64,000 nt of DNA from Candidatus Latescibacterota bacterium (GTDB lineage: Bacteria; Latescibacterota; UBA2968), in contig OZ220741.1 of NCBI GenBank assembly GCA_965116885.1, forward strand, positions 1-64,000, in the 5' to 3' direction. The translations under genes and the position numbers were made by a program. Each line of letters starts with the position of its first letter. The stretch's first letter is position 1. The notes below the pieces were generated by a model that searched no databases, was not told the DNA's origin, and worked only from the letters and a program-made list of their open reading frames with translations. Below are positions 36,770-46,937 of this stretch, in pieces.

Positions 36770-38020
36770 GTGAACAGACAACGCAGAGTGGTCATCACCG
36801 GCATGGGCGCACTTGCCCCCAATGGCAATACCACAAAAAGCTATTGGGAAGCACTGTGCAATGGACAAACAGGTGTTGGCCCCATAACAAAATTTGACGC
36901 CACCGATTTCCGCGTGCAATTTGCTGCCGAAATCAAAAACTTTGATCCAGAACACTTTGGCATTGATCGTCGCAGCCAGCGTCGTATGGACCTCTTTACC
37001 CAATACGCCATTGCATCATCTGTTCAAGCCGTAGAAAATGCAGGTCTCGACATCAGTAATGAACAGGCCGAACGAATCGGGGTTGTATTTGGCTCGGGCA
37101 TTGGCGGCATCCAAACCTTTGAGGATCAGCACGAAGCCTATCGCAAAGATGGTCCAAGACGCATCAGTCCGCTTTTTGTACCCATGATGATCCCCGACAT
37201 GTCCGCAGGTCAAGTATCCATCCACCTCGGTGCCAAAGGCCCCAATTATACCACCGTCACAGCTTGCGCCTCGGCAGCCCATGCCATTGGCAATGCAGCC
37301 CGAGAAATTTGGGACGACGAAGCCGATGTCATGATCACAGGGGGCGCAGAAGCCGCCATTACCCCGATGTCAGTGGGTGGATTTGCCGCGGCGCGAACGC
37401 TTTCAACCCGCAACGACGCCCCAACGCAAGCCAGCCGTCCCTTTGACGCAGACCGAGATGGATTTGTAATTGGAGAAGGCGCCGGTGGGCTTGTTCTGGA
37501 AGAACTCCAACGCGCAACACAACGGGGCGCCACCATCTATGCCGAAGTAGTGGGGACGGGCTACACTGGTGATGCCTATCACATTACCGGTATGGCACCT
37601 GGTGGCGAGGGGGGTGCCCGCGCCATGTGCCGCGCCATGCGACAGGCGCAGATCAATCCCGAAGACGTGGCTTATATCAACGCACACGGCACATCAACAC
37701 CCGTGGGTGACCCGGCAGAAACAGCCGCCATCAAATCCGTATTTGGCGATTATGCCAAAAAGCTCGCCGTCAGTTCGACAAAATCCATGACCGGACATCT
37801 TTTGGGGGCTTCGGGTGCGATTGAAACCATTGCAACAACCCTGGCGGTTCACCACAATGTGGTACCGCCCACGATCAACTATGAAACACCCGATCCAGAA
37901 TGCGACCTCGATTACGTGCCCAATGAAGCGCGAGAAATACCCGTCGAAATCGCCATTAGCAACTCCTTTGGCTTCGGGGGTCACAACGCAGTACTCATCC
38001 TGCGCAAGTTTCGCAACTAA
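36770..38020 (+). CDS. fabF: 3-oxoacyl-ACP synthase II
   Basis: TACASA, NAHGTST, KSMTGHLLGA, SNSFGFGGHN. Confidence 0.96.
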   Translation: MNRQRRVVITGMGALAPNGNTTKSYWEALCNGQTGVGPITKFDATDFRVQFAAEIKNFDPEHFGIDRRSQRRMDLFTQYAIASSVQAVENAGLDISNEQAERIGVVFGSGIGGIQTFEDQHEAYRKDGPRRISPLFVPMMIPDMSAGQVSIHLGAKGPNYTTVTACASAAHAIGNAAREIWDDEADVMITGGAEAAITPMSVGGFAAARTLSTRNDAPTQASRPFDADRDGFVIGEGAGGLVLEELQRATQRGATIYAEVVGTGYTGDAYHITGMAPGGEGGARAMCRAMRQAQINPEDVAYINAHGTSTPVGDPAETAAIKSVFGDYAKKLAVSSTKSMTGHLLGASGAIETIATTLAVHHNVVPPTINYETPDPECDLDYVPNEAREIPVEIAISNSFGFGGHNAVLILRKFRN

Positions 38021-38031
38021 CGAGACCATGC

Positions 38032-38808
38032 ATGCTACGTGAATTGAAAGGGGGCGGTTTTATCCGACTCGGAACCGTCTTACAAACAATCAGACGCTGG
38101 TCCGCGGGCGTCAGAGTGCGTTCCCAGGAAGAACTCCAACGCAAACTCGGTTATACCTTTTCCAATACCGCTTTACTCGAACAAGCCCTTAAACACCGAT
38201 CCCATGTTTACGTCACTCAAGAAGGCAGCATTGCTTCCAACGAACGCCTGGAATTTTTGGGCGACGCAGTGCTCGATCTCATTGTGACAGAACATCTCTA
38301 CAATCAGTTCAGAAAGAAAAGAGAAGGCGAACTCACACAGATCAAGTCTCTGCTCGTCAGCAAGGTAGTTCTGGCCGAAAAAGGCCGAAAAATCCAACTC
38401 GGAGAATATCTCTATTTGAGCAAAGAAGAAATCTCATCTGGTGGGCGCCAACGCACCTCAATTATCGGCGATGCTTTCGAAGCGCTCTTAGGTGCGGTTT
38501 ACCTCGATGGCGGGCTTGAAGCTGCTCGCTCATTTGTCGAACGCACAATTCTAACCAATGTTGAGGAAATCCTCGCCGACGGCAACTATCTCAACTTCAA
38601 AAGCCTGCTTCTCGAATATACACAGAGCACGGGAAAGGGTCATCCGCGATATCAGCCCATATCCGAAGAAGGCCCAGATCACCGAAAAATTTTCTTTATT
38701 GAAGTAACCCTTCAGGGCGATCGATTGGGCGAAGGACAGGGACGCAGTAAAAAAGAAGCCCAACAGATGGCCGCAAAAGACGCGCTCAGACATCTGGGCC
38801 TGCACTAA
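38032..38808 (+). CDS. rnc: Ribonuclease III
   Basis: NERLEFLGDAVL, DAFEALLGAVYLDGG, C-terminal dsRBD; exact start uncertain. Confidence 0.94.
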   Translation: MLRELKGGGFIRLGTVLQTIRRWSAGVRVRSQEELQRKLGYTFSNTALLEQALKHRSHVYVTQEGSIASNERLEFLGDAVLDLIVTEHLYNQFRKKREGELTQIKSLLVSKVVLAEKGRKIQLGEYLYLSKEEISSGGRQRTSIIGDAFEALLGAVYLDGGLEAARSFVERTILTNVEEILADGNYLNFKSLLLEYTQSTGKGHPRYQPISEEGPDHRKIFFIEVTLQGDRLGEGQGRSKKEAQQMAAKDALRHLGLH

Positions 38809-38810
38809 CC

Positions 38811-39644
38811 ATGACACAATGCAATCCCCCCACATGGCGTTTCCTGAATACTCAACACGGAAACGCCTTTTTTAATATGGCAGTCGATGAAGCTCTCGTG
38901 CGCTCGATAGGTGCTCAGCCCGCATTTCGCGTTTACGGGTGGCAACCGCCCGCGGTCTCTTTTGGATATGCACAGCGCATCAGCCGCGAAGTCGATGCTC
39001 AAAAAGTTCGCGAGCGCGGTATCGACATTGTCCGCCGTCCCACCGGTGGTCGCGCTATCTTGCACTGGAACGAACTGACCTATAGCGTTATCTGCCCTGC
39101 CGACAATCCCGTAATGGGGGGCAATATCAACGAAGCCTATCGCAGAATCAGCGAGGGCCTTTTGGCGGGTATTCGCGCTCTCGGCGTCGATGCGACCTTT
39201 GAATCCCGCCGCCAGACACAGCCCTCACCGCGCGGCAAAGAACTCACCGCGCCCTGTTTTACCAGCACAGCACAATACGAAGTCAAATTCAAGGGACGCA
39301 AACTCATCGGTAGCGCGCAACAGCGCATCGGCACAATGCTCTTGCAGCACGGGTCTCTCTTACTCGGCCCAGAGCACAAACAAATCGTCGATCTTCTGCC
39401 CGGCGACAAACCCGGCCTGAAGAAGCGTTTTGCACGCGAACTCGACCGCCACACCATCTCTCTCTCTGAAGCCCTCGCATCCCCCATCGATTTTGATACG
39501 GCGGCTACCGCCATCCGACAAGGCATTCAAAAGACCTTTAACATCCAGCTTATTGAAGCCGCGCTCGGCAAAACCGAAATCGCCGAAACCCAACGCCTCA
39601 TCGCCGAGAAATACGCAACGCATGAATGGAATGACAAGTATTGA
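38811..39644 (+). CDS. Lipoate-protein ligase / octanoyltransferase (LipM/LplA-like)
   Basis: NMAVDEAL, VRRPTGGRAILH, KLIGSAQ, LQHGS. Confidence 0.88.
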   Translation: MTQCNPPTWRFLNTQHGNAFFNMAVDEALVRSIGAQPAFRVYGWQPPAVSFGYAQRISREVDAQKVRERGIDIVRRPTGGRAILHWNELTYSVICPADNPVMGGNINEAYRRISEGLLAGIRALGVDATFESRRQTQPSPRGKELTAPCFTSTAQYEVKFKGRKLIGSAQQRIGTMLLQHGSLLLGPEHKQIVDLLPGDKPGLKKRFARELDRHTISLSEALASPIDFDTAATAIRQGIQKTFNIQLIEAALGKTEIAETQRLIAEKYATHEWNDKY

Positions 39645-40053
39645 ATCTTCAAAGACCTGGACCTCACATCCCCTGCGCGAAGAGCCTTTGGCAAAATCTG
39701 TTTTACTCGTGCTCATCATCCTGAGCGTCGCGCTTATTGTCGGCGTGAGCTTTCAAAGCATCACCTTCGCCTTTCTTTCACTCATATTGCTCACCGCGGC
39801 GATGTCCCGTTATCTCTTTATAACGCGCTATGCTATTGACGCTCACGGTTTTACCATTTCACATATCGGTATGCGCAGGCAGTATTTGTGGACAAGTTTT
39901 CGCCGTGTCGCAATCCATCCCGACGGCATCTTCTTAAGTCCTTTTGTCAAACCGCATCGTCTCGACACCTTTCGCGGTCAATTTCTGCACTCGAAAAACC
40001 CCTCTGAGATCTACCATGTCGTCCAAAAATACATCGCTATTGATCCGGCTTAA
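39631..40053 (+). CDS. Hypothetical membrane protein (2 TM plus PH-like domain)
   Basis: WTSHP, two hydrophobic helices, FLSPF...RLDTFRG; overlaps neighbours. Confidence 0.65.
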   Translation: MTSIESSKTWTSHPLREEPLAKSVLLVLIILSVALIVGVSFQSITFAFLSLILLTAAMSRYLFITRYAIDAHGFTISHIGMRRQYLWTSFRRVAIHPDGIFLSPFVKPHRLDTFRGQFLHSKNPSEIYHVVQKYIAIDPA

Positions 40054-40369
40054 GAATTATTGCGCCCATGCCTTTGCCGTCTCTCCACCCGAAAGTGCTA
40101 TCACTGAAGATGATGAAGTTCTCGCCGAAAAAGCCGCCGCCTTCATCGTGAGGCGCAGACTCACAGCACCAGCCATTATGTTACTTGAAACCGGGCGGCC
40201 CTTTAACTATATTGGCAGCCAACTTTTGACTTTCTTATCGCCCTTCGTATCTATCATCTTCTCCTCAACAGCTGAGTTTGACCGCTTCACGCGCTTTCTG
40301 GAAAAGCGAGAAAGCATTCCCTGCCTCATTCGCCACATTGAAACCCTGGAAAACAAAAACCATGGATAA
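40016..40369 (+). CDS. Conserved hypothetical protein
   Basis: IVRRRLTAPAIMLLETGRPFNYIGSQ...LEKRE; overlaps the start of the next gene. Confidence 0.7.
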   Translation: MSSKNTSLLIRLKNYCAHAFAVSPPESAITEDDEVLAEKAAAFIVRRRLTAPAIMLLETGRPFNYIGSQLLTFLSPFVSIIFSSTAEFDRFTRFLEKRESIPCLIRHIETLENKNHG

Positions 40370-42149
40370 ACTCAATGTCATCATCGCTACTGATTGCGGC
40401 AGCACCACGACCAAAGCCATCCTGATAGAAAAAAAAGACGATATCTATCGCCAAACCTATCGAGGCGAAGCACCAACCACAGTTGAAGCTCCCTACGAGG
40501 ACGTCACGCGCGGCGTTCTCAATGCTATTCAAGAAGTTGAAGAACTCTCCGGCAGACAAATTCTCGACGGCGAAACCATCATCACACCCGCAGAAGATCA
40601 TCGCGGAGTTGACATCTACATTTCCACCAGCAGCGCGGGCGGCGGCCTGCAAATGATGGTCGGCGGTGTCATTCAGGCCATGACCGGCGAAAGCGCGCAG
40701 CGTTGCGCCCTCGGCGCAGGCGCAATTGTCATGGACATTCTCGCGTCCAACGACGGACGGCAGCCCCACGAAAAAATCGAACGCATTCGCCAGTTGCGCC
40801 CCGATATGGTGCTCCTTTCCGGCGGCACAGATGGCGGCACCATTTCGCACGTTGTCGAATTGGCCGAATTTATCTCGGCAGCCGATCCCAAACCGCGATT
40901 TGGATCGGGATACCAACTCCCCGTCATTTACGCTGGAAACAAAGATGCCGCGCAGGAAATTGAACGCACCCTGGGCGACAAAACAGCCCTCACCGTCACG
41001 GAAAACATCCGCCCCACGCTCGAAGAAGAAAACCTCGGACCTGCTCGCCATGTGATCCACGACCTCTTTCTCGAACACGTCATGGCGCAAGCACCCGGTT
41101 ATCGAAAACTCATCTCCTGGACAGGCGCGCCCATCATGCCCACGCCCGGCGCAGTTGGCCTCATGATGCAAACCGTATCCAAACAACAAAATATCAATGT
41201 CGTGGGCGTTGACATAGGCGGCGCCACCACCGACGTGTTCAGCGTCTTCGACGATATCTTCAACCGCACGGTATCTGCCAACCTCGGCATGTCATACAGC
41301 GTATCCAACGTACTCGCCGAAGCGGGCCTCGACGATGTCATGCGTTGGGTACCTTTCAAAATTGACGAAGCCGACCTGCGAGACCGCATCAAAAACAAAA
41401 TGATCCGCCCCACCACAATTCCGCAAATGCTCGAAGAACTTCAGGTCGAACAGGCCATTGCCCGCGAAGCCCTCCGTCTGGCCTTTGTCCAGCACCGCGC
41501 ACTCGCCGTGGGTCTCAAAGGCGTACAGGCAGAGCGTACCCTGTCCGATGTATTCGACCAATCCGCAGGCGGAGATAGTCTCATCAAAATGCGCGACCTC
41601 GACCTCCTCGTCGGAAGCGGCGGCGTTTTATCTCACGCCCCACGTCGAATGCAAACAGCCGCCATGCTCATCGACGCCTTCCAGCCCGAAGGCATCACCC
41701 GCCTCGCCGTTGACAGCATCTTTATGATGCCACACCTCGGCGTACTCTCATCGGTCAATGAAATTGCCGCCACGCAGGTTTTTGAACGCGACTGCCTCAT
41801 CTACCTCGGCACGTGTATCGCACCCATCGTCCAGGGCAAAATAGGCGCGCCCTGTGCACAATACGAAATCGCCCTTCCCGACGGAACCCAATCCGGCACC
41901 CTGAATATTGGCGATCTTCTGCACTTCCCGCTCGAAGCAGATCAGGAAGCACACATCACCTTACAACCCGAGCGCAACACAGACGCAGGTGCCGGACCGG
42001 GTCGAGAATTAAACACAACAGTCAAAGGAGGCACCGCCGGACTAATCCTCGACGGACGCGGTCGCCCCATTGTATTTGCCGAAAATCAATCCGAACGCAC
42101 TGATCAAATAAGCCGGTGGAGCGAGACCCTCGACCTCTACCCCCGGTAA
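40362..42149 (+). CDS. GlmL/MutL (glutamate mutase reactivase)-like ASKHA ATPase
   Basis: DCGSTTTKA (phosphate 1), SSAGGGLQM, LSGGTDGG, IMPTPGAV, DIGGATTDVFS (phosphate 2), GSGGVLSH. Confidence 0.82.
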   Translation: MDKLNVIIATDCGSTTTKAILIEKKDDIYRQTYRGEAPTTVEAPYEDVTRGVLNAIQEVEELSGRQILDGETIITPAEDHRGVDIYISTSSAGGGLQMMVGGVIQAMTGESAQRCALGAGAIVMDILASNDGRQPHEKIERIRQLRPDMVLLSGGTDGGTISHVVELAEFISAADPKPRFGSGYQLPVIYAGNKDAAQEIERTLGDKTALTVTENIRPTLEEENLGPARHVIHDLFLEHVMAQAPGYRKLISWTGAPIMPTPGAVGLMMQTVSKQQNINVVGVDIGGATTDVFSVFDDIFNRTVSANLGMSYSVSNVLAEAGLDDVMRWVPFKIDEADLRDRIKNKMIRPTTIPQMLEELQVEQAIAREALRLAFVQHRALAVGLKGVQAERTLSDVFDQSAGGDSLIKMRDLDLLVGSGGVLSHAPRRMQTAAMLIDAFQPEGITRLAVDSIFMMPHLGVLSSVNEIAATQVFERDCLIYLGTCIAPIVQGKIGAPCAQYEIALPDGTQSGTLNIGDLLHFPLEADQEAHITLQPERNTDAGAGPGRELNTTVKGGTAGLILDGRGRPIVFAENQSERTDQISRWSETLDLYPR

Positions 42150-42240
42150 GTGAAAGAGCAAGGTCATGATTTATTTATTTTTCTTGTAAAGTAGCCCACG
42201 CATTGTATATTCCGTTATTCGTAACCTCAGGTACTACTCT

Positions 42241-43359
42241 ATGGCACACGCATACACACCCGGCCTTCGCGTCACCCCACAGACCCTTCTTCAACGCCAG
42301 CGCCAACTCCCCCTCAAAGGTGAGGTCGTCGTATCACAAGGCGATAGCGTGACGCGCGATCAGGTCGTTGCCCACACGCACCTGCCCGGCAACGTCACCA
42401 CCCTCAACCTGGTCAACATCTTGAGTTGCACGCCCGAAGAACTGCCCAATTACATGCTCAAAAGCGAAGGCGACCCCGTCGAAGCCGACGAACCCATTGC
42501 CGAAACCCGCCCCTTTATCAAATGGTTCAAAACTACTGTTAAAGCACCTATCAGTGGCACCCTCGAAAGCATCTCCAAAATCACCGGACAGGTCATCTTT
42601 CGCGCCCCTCCGCGTCCCGTTCAGGTACAGGCATACATAGATGGCAATGTGATCGAAATCCTGCCTGAAGAAGGCGTCATTGTCGAAACCACAGGTGCTT
42701 TTGTACAGGGCATCTTTGGCATAGGCGGTGAAATCTGGGGACCTCTGCACGTCATCTCCAAAGAGCCAGATCAAATTTTAACCCCCGATCAAATCGACGA
42801 CTCATGCGCGGGAAAAATCGTCGTAGGCGGCAATTTGCTCACCCTCGACGTGATCGACAAAGCGCGGGAAATCGGCGCCGTTGGCATCATTGGCGGCGGC
42901 ATCCGCGATTCCGATTTGCGCGACCTGCTCGGTTACGACCTCGGCGTAGCCATCACCGGCACCGAGAATATCGGCCTCACCGTCATTGTCACCGAAGGCT
43001 TTGGCCCCATCGCAATGGCGCACAAAACCTTTGGTATCCTGAGCGAAAACAACGGCAAAGAAGCCTCTATCTCGGGTGCTACCCAGATTCGCGCAGGTGT
43101 TTTGCGTCCCGAAATCATCATTCCAGAATCCCGCATCCACGAACAAACCGAAGAATCCGATAATCCGGGTCTCATCGAAGGGGCACTCTTGCGCGTAATT
43201 CGCGCACCCTATTTTGGTCAGGTAGGCAAAGTCACGGCACTGCCACCCGAACTGCAAACAGTCGAATCCGAAACCCATGTGCGCGTACTCGAAGTCGAAT
43301 TTGACAATGGTGACCGCGCCACTGTCCCGCGCGCCAACGTCGAACTCATCCAGGAGTAA
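42241..43359 (+). CDS. Conserved hypothetical protein with barrel-sandwich hybrid-like motifs and C-terminal KOW/SH3-like segment
   Basis: GEVVVSQGDSV, KSEGDPVEADEPIAE...VKAPISGTL, QGIFGIGGE, TEGFG, TQIRAGVLRPE, RVIRAPYFGQVGKV. Confidence 0.75.
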   Translation: MAHAYTPGLRVTPQTLLQRQRQLPLKGEVVVSQGDSVTRDQVVAHTHLPGNVTTLNLVNILSCTPEELPNYMLKSEGDPVEADEPIAETRPFIKWFKTTVKAPISGTLESISKITGQVIFRAPPRPVQVQAYIDGNVIEILPEEGVIVETTGAFVQGIFGIGGEIWGPLHVISKEPDQILTPDQIDDSCAGKIVVGGNLLTLDVIDKAREIGAVGIIGGGIRDSDLRDLLGYDLGVAITGTENIGLTVIVTEGFGPIAMAHKTFGILSENNGKEASISGATQIRAGVLRPEIIIPESRIHEQTEESDNPGLIEGALLRVIRAPYFGQVGKVTALPPELQTVESETHVRVLEVEFDNGDRATVPRANVELIQE

Positions 43360-43381
43360 ACGACCCATCGGGAGATTGCGT

Positions 43382-44587
43382 ATGAGATATTTTTTATGTT
43401 GCATCACACTCGTGCTCTGCGCGGCACAGGTATATGCACAACAACCCACCGGTGTCAAAGCCGAAGACACCCCCAACGACTCGGGAGGCAGCATCACCGT
43501 TGTGTGGAACCGCGCGGAACTCCCCGACGGAGCAATGTACAAAATTGTAGTCAGTGAATCGGAAACCGGTCCTTTTCATCCCGCAGCCAATATCGACCCA
43601 TCGGGCAACCTGCAATCCAGCGATCCGGGAACTTTTGGGCATGGCGAAGAAACATCCCAAATGCACTTTGCCAAAATTGCTGAATATGCCGATCCCGCCG
43701 ACCCATCGAAAAAGATCGCCATTGAAAACGGTAAAACCTATTACGGGCAGGTCATCGCCCACCTCCCCTCTGGCGAATCATTTCCCTCTGAAATCGCAAG
43801 CGCAGAAGCATCTGAAAATTTCTTCAATTTCCTCAAAACCAATAATTTCATCATCGGCACGATCTTCTCCCTCATCATTTTAGGCGGCATTTTCCTCGCC
43901 CAAAAACGCGAATTCTTCATCCGACGCATCGCCGGTCTCGAAGCCCTTGACGAAGCCCTCGGTCGCGCAACTGAAATGGGCCGATCTGTTCTTTTTGTTC
44001 ATGGTTTAACCGATATGAGTAGTGTTTCAACAATAGCTGCCGTCAATATCCTCTCCCGCATTGCAGGCCGCACAGCCGAATTTAACACCCAACTTCGCGT
44101 GGGCAATCGCGACCCGATTGTCATGGCCGTGAGCCAGGAGGTCGTCAAAGAATCTTATCTCAATGCGGGCCGTCCCGACGCATATTCCGACGACATGGTC
44201 TTTCTGGCAGCGACAGAACAATTTAGCTATGCCGCAGCCCTCGACGGCATAATGGTGAGAGAAAAACCCGCGGCCAATATTATGATGGGTTATTTTTACG
44301 CAGAATCGCTCTTGCTGGCAGAAACAGGTGCATCCACAGGTGCGATCCAAATTGCGGGTACTGACTCCTACACCCAATTGCCCTTTTTCATCACCACCTG
44401 CGACTATACCCTCATGGGCGAAGAACTCTATGCAGCAAGCGCGTATCTCTCCCGAGAACCCAGATTGCTGGGCAGTCTCAAGGGGCAGGACATCGGCAAA
44501 GCAGTTCTCTTAATTGTCATGATTTTGGGCACGTTGCTGGCTACATTTGGCTTTCCGACATTGACCCATCTTTTTACAGCATATTAA
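43382..44587 (+). CDS. DUF6754-like membrane protein with N-terminal FN3-like exported domain
   Basis: Signal peptide, AEDTPNDSGGSITVVW, TM, IRRIAGLEALDEALGRATEMGR, LMGEELYAASAYL, C-terminal TM. Confidence 0.75.
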   Translation: MRYFLCCITLVLCAAQVYAQQPTGVKAEDTPNDSGGSITVVWNRAELPDGAMYKIVVSESETGPFHPAANIDPSGNLQSSDPGTFGHGEETSQMHFAKIAEYADPADPSKKIAIENGKTYYGQVIAHLPSGESFPSEIASAEASENFFNFLKTNNFIIGTIFSLIILGGIFLAQKREFFIRRIAGLEALDEALGRATEMGRSVLFVHGLTDMSSVSTIAAVNILSRIAGRTAEFNTQLRVGNRDPIVMAVSQEVVKESYLNAGRPDAYSDDMVFLAATEQFSYAAALDGIMVREKPAANIMMGYFYAESLLLAETGASTGAIQIAGTDSYTQLPFFITTCDYTLMGEELYAASAYLSREPRLLGSLKGQDIGKAVLLIVMILGTLLATFGFPTLTHLFTAY

Positions 44588-44628
44588 AACCAACCAGGTT
44601 CTATTTCTAATTTCAAAGGAAACTACTT

Positions 44629-45288
44629 ATGCTTTTTTTGCGACGCACATTGCCTTTGATCCTGGCCTTTACCTTGGGAATCATAGGTATTGTTGTTTTT
44701 TATGTGCCACACAGTTATTCTCAGATGCTTGAAACAGAATTAGGACGCTGGTATCGCATCATCTGGGCATTCGCCATGCTACTGGGTATTTACAGCTTGA
44801 TGCGATTGCACTGGAGTCGCATTCGCCGACAACAAGCGGGTTGGGGATATAGCTTCCTGGTTTTTCTGGGTTTTGGCGTGATGTTCATTTTCGCCGCTTA
44901 TAACAGTGGTAATGGCCCCCTCGTGCCGCGATCAAATTCTCCCGATGATCCATTTAACTGGATGTTTCAATATGTACAGGTACCAGCTGATGCCACCATG
45001 TTCTCCATCCTCGCTTTTTTTATCGCTTCAGCCGCCTACCGCACTTTCCGAGCACGTACTCCTGAAGCCGCTATCTTGCTTGTCTCGGCCATTATTGTCA
45101 TGATCGGGCGCGTGCCTATTGGTGCCGCCATTTCAGATGTTTTTCCCTTATTATCTGGTTGGCTAATGGATGTGCCCAATTTAGCAGCCAAACGCGGCAT
45201 CTTGCTCGGCGTCAGTCTCGGCATGATCGCCACATCATTGCGCATCATTTTTGGCATTGAACGCTCTTATCTCGGCGGAGGTGACTAA
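44629..45288 (+). CDS. Hypothetical polytopic membrane protein
   Basis: About six hydrophobic segments; ATMFSILAFFIASAAYRTFRAR; RIIFGIER. Confidence 0.75.
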   Translation: MLFLRRTLPLILAFTLGIIGIVVFYVPHSYSQMLETELGRWYRIIWAFAMLLGIYSLMRLHWSRIRRQQAGWGYSFLVFLGFGVMFIFAAYNSGNGPLVPRSNSPDDPFNWMFQYVQVPADATMFSILAFFIASAAYRTFRARTPEAAILLVSAIIVMIGRVPIGAAISDVFPLLSGWLMDVPNLAAKRGILLGVSLGMIATSLRIIFGIERSYLGGGD

Positions 45289-46118
45289 TGAAAAATTTTT
45301 TGCTCAATATCGACCGTCGTATTATTTATATTTTTGTTGCATTAGGGGTTATTATCCCATCTCTAACTGCGTTTCAATTGCCCATTAAACCAACAACTTA
45401 TGTGCGTGCTGTTTACGATACAATCGAAGACGTAGCTCAGAAGAAGGGAACCATTCTCATTTCATTTGATTACGGTCCGGGTTCCGATGCTGAAATCCAA
45501 CCTATGGCTCTGGCAATTTTACGGCAATGTTTTAGCGAAGATGTAAAGGTCGTTGCGATGTGTCACTGGCCCGACGCTGTTGGACTCGCCGAAAAAGCAC
45601 TCGCCGAAACTGCTCTTGAATTTAATGCTCAGAGTGGTATAGACTATACATTTTTGGGTTATAAAACAGGCTTCGGTACATTGGTGCTTGGTATGGGACA
45701 AGATTTTCACGGCACATTTCCTCAAGATACCCAGGGGCACAACACAACAGAATTGCCAGTAACCAAAAACATCAGATCTCTCACAGATTTTGATTATGTC
45801 ATTAGTCTTGCAGCAGGCGCTACACCCGAACAGGCCTGGATCCCCTTTGGTCAGGAACGTTATAAATTTAAATTCGGTGTTGGCTGCACGGCGGTTATGG
45901 CACCCGATCAATACCCTTTTCTACAATCTGGACAAATGAATGGACTTATTGGCGGTCTGGCCGGTGCCGCAGAATATGAAGCGCTCGTCAACAGGTCTGC
46001 CAAAGCCACAGCAGGTATGGGCGCACAATCCACCGTTCATGTTATCATTATCCTGTTTATACTTCTAGGGAATGTTATGTACTTCCTATATGGACGTCAA
46101 ACAGGAGGTACACAATGA
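45288..46118 (+). CDS. Hypothetical membrane-anchored protein (TM-soluble domain-TM)
   Basis: DRRIIY, SFDYGP, GCTAVMAP, GLAGAAEYE; TAATG overlap with upstream gene. Confidence 0.75.
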   Translation: MKNFLLNIDRRIIYIFVALGVIIPSLTAFQLPIKPTTYVRAVYDTIEDVAQKKGTILISFDYGPGSDAEIQPMALAILRQCFSEDVKVVAMCHWPDAVGLAEKALAETALEFNAQSGIDYTFLGYKTGFGTLVLGMGQDFHGTFPQDTQGHNTTELPVTKNIRSLTDFDYVISLAAGATPEQAWIPFGQERYKFKFGVGCTAVMAPDQYPFLQSGQMNGLIGGLAGAAEYEALVNRSAKATAGMGAQSTVHVIIILFILLGNVMYFLYGRQTGGTQ

Positions 46119-46852
46119 ACAAAGATAAATTGGCTTTCCTGATCTGCTTATTTCTGTTCGCACTTGTCAATATCTACCTATTAGCCTCCGACAAATTGAC
46201 AGGAGATACGACCGGTGTAGGCATTATTATCGCCGCAGGCATTACTCTGGCGCTCTATAGTTTTCTCTACAAAGACAACCCCCTCTTCAAATTTGCCGAA
46301 AATCTCTATGTGGGTGTAGCTGCCGCATATACGCTTGCTCAGGTCTGGTATCCCATCATTCTCGTTGACGTACTGAACCCACTTTTCGATCTCAACAACC
46401 AAACGGGTGGGTCTTACGATGGTCTTTTGATCATTCCCGCTCTTTTAGGACTTGGTGTTCTCACGCAACTTGCCTCCGACAAAATCAATTGGATCAGCCG
46501 TATCTCATTTGCTTTTATCGTGGGCCTGGGGGCGGGACTCGCTATTCCACGCACCATTGCGGCTAATGTTTTGGCCCAATTGGAACCGACCATGCAACCC
46601 ATAGCAGCCTCATGGGATGGATTAAATCTGCTCATTATTCTAATCGGCGTCGTTACAGTACTCGTGTATTTCTTTTACTCTGTCGAACACACTGGCCCCG
46701 TAGGGGTGGCGTCCAAAATCGGCATCTGGTTCCTCATGATCTCGTTTGGCGCATCATTTGGCTACACCATCATGGCGCGTCTCTCACTGCTGATTGGTCG
46801 CGTCGGGTTCTTGCTCGAAGACTGGCTCGTACTCCCATTGCCTTTATTTTGA
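46115..46852 (+). CDS. Hypothetical polytopic membrane protein
   Basis: YSFLYKDNPLFKFAE, FLMISFGASFGYTIMAR; ATGA overlap. Confidence 0.75.
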   Translation: MNKDKLAFLICLFLFALVNIYLLASDKLTGDTTGVGIIIAAGITLALYSFLYKDNPLFKFAENLYVGVAAAYTLAQVWYPIILVDVLNPLFDLNNQTGGSYDGLLIIPALLGLGVLTQLASDKINWISRISFAFIVGLGAGLAIPRTIAANVLAQLEPTMQPIAASWDGLNLLIILIGVVTVLVYFFYSVEHTGPVGVASKIGIWFLMISFGASFGYTIMARLSLLIGRVGFLLEDWLVLPLPLF

Positions 46853-46937
46853 TTCGTGGAGATGCGCGTGTCCATTCGCTCATTGCAAAAAAACGGGAAC
46901 GTTCAAACCCATATAGAAGTCCAAAGAAAAATCGTAC

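Noticed and set aside
40326..41189. 287-aa minus-strand ORF
   Set aside because: Antisense shadow of the GlmL-like gene.
40362..42149. DNA mismatch-repair MutL or a functional glutamate mutase
   Set aside because: Has ASKHA rather than GHKL motifs, and no B12-binding mutase subunits are in the window.
42184..42211. Internal promoter TTGTAA-16-TATATT before the 372-aa gene
   Set aside because: Plausible but weak match in AT-rich DNA; not supportable without TSS data.
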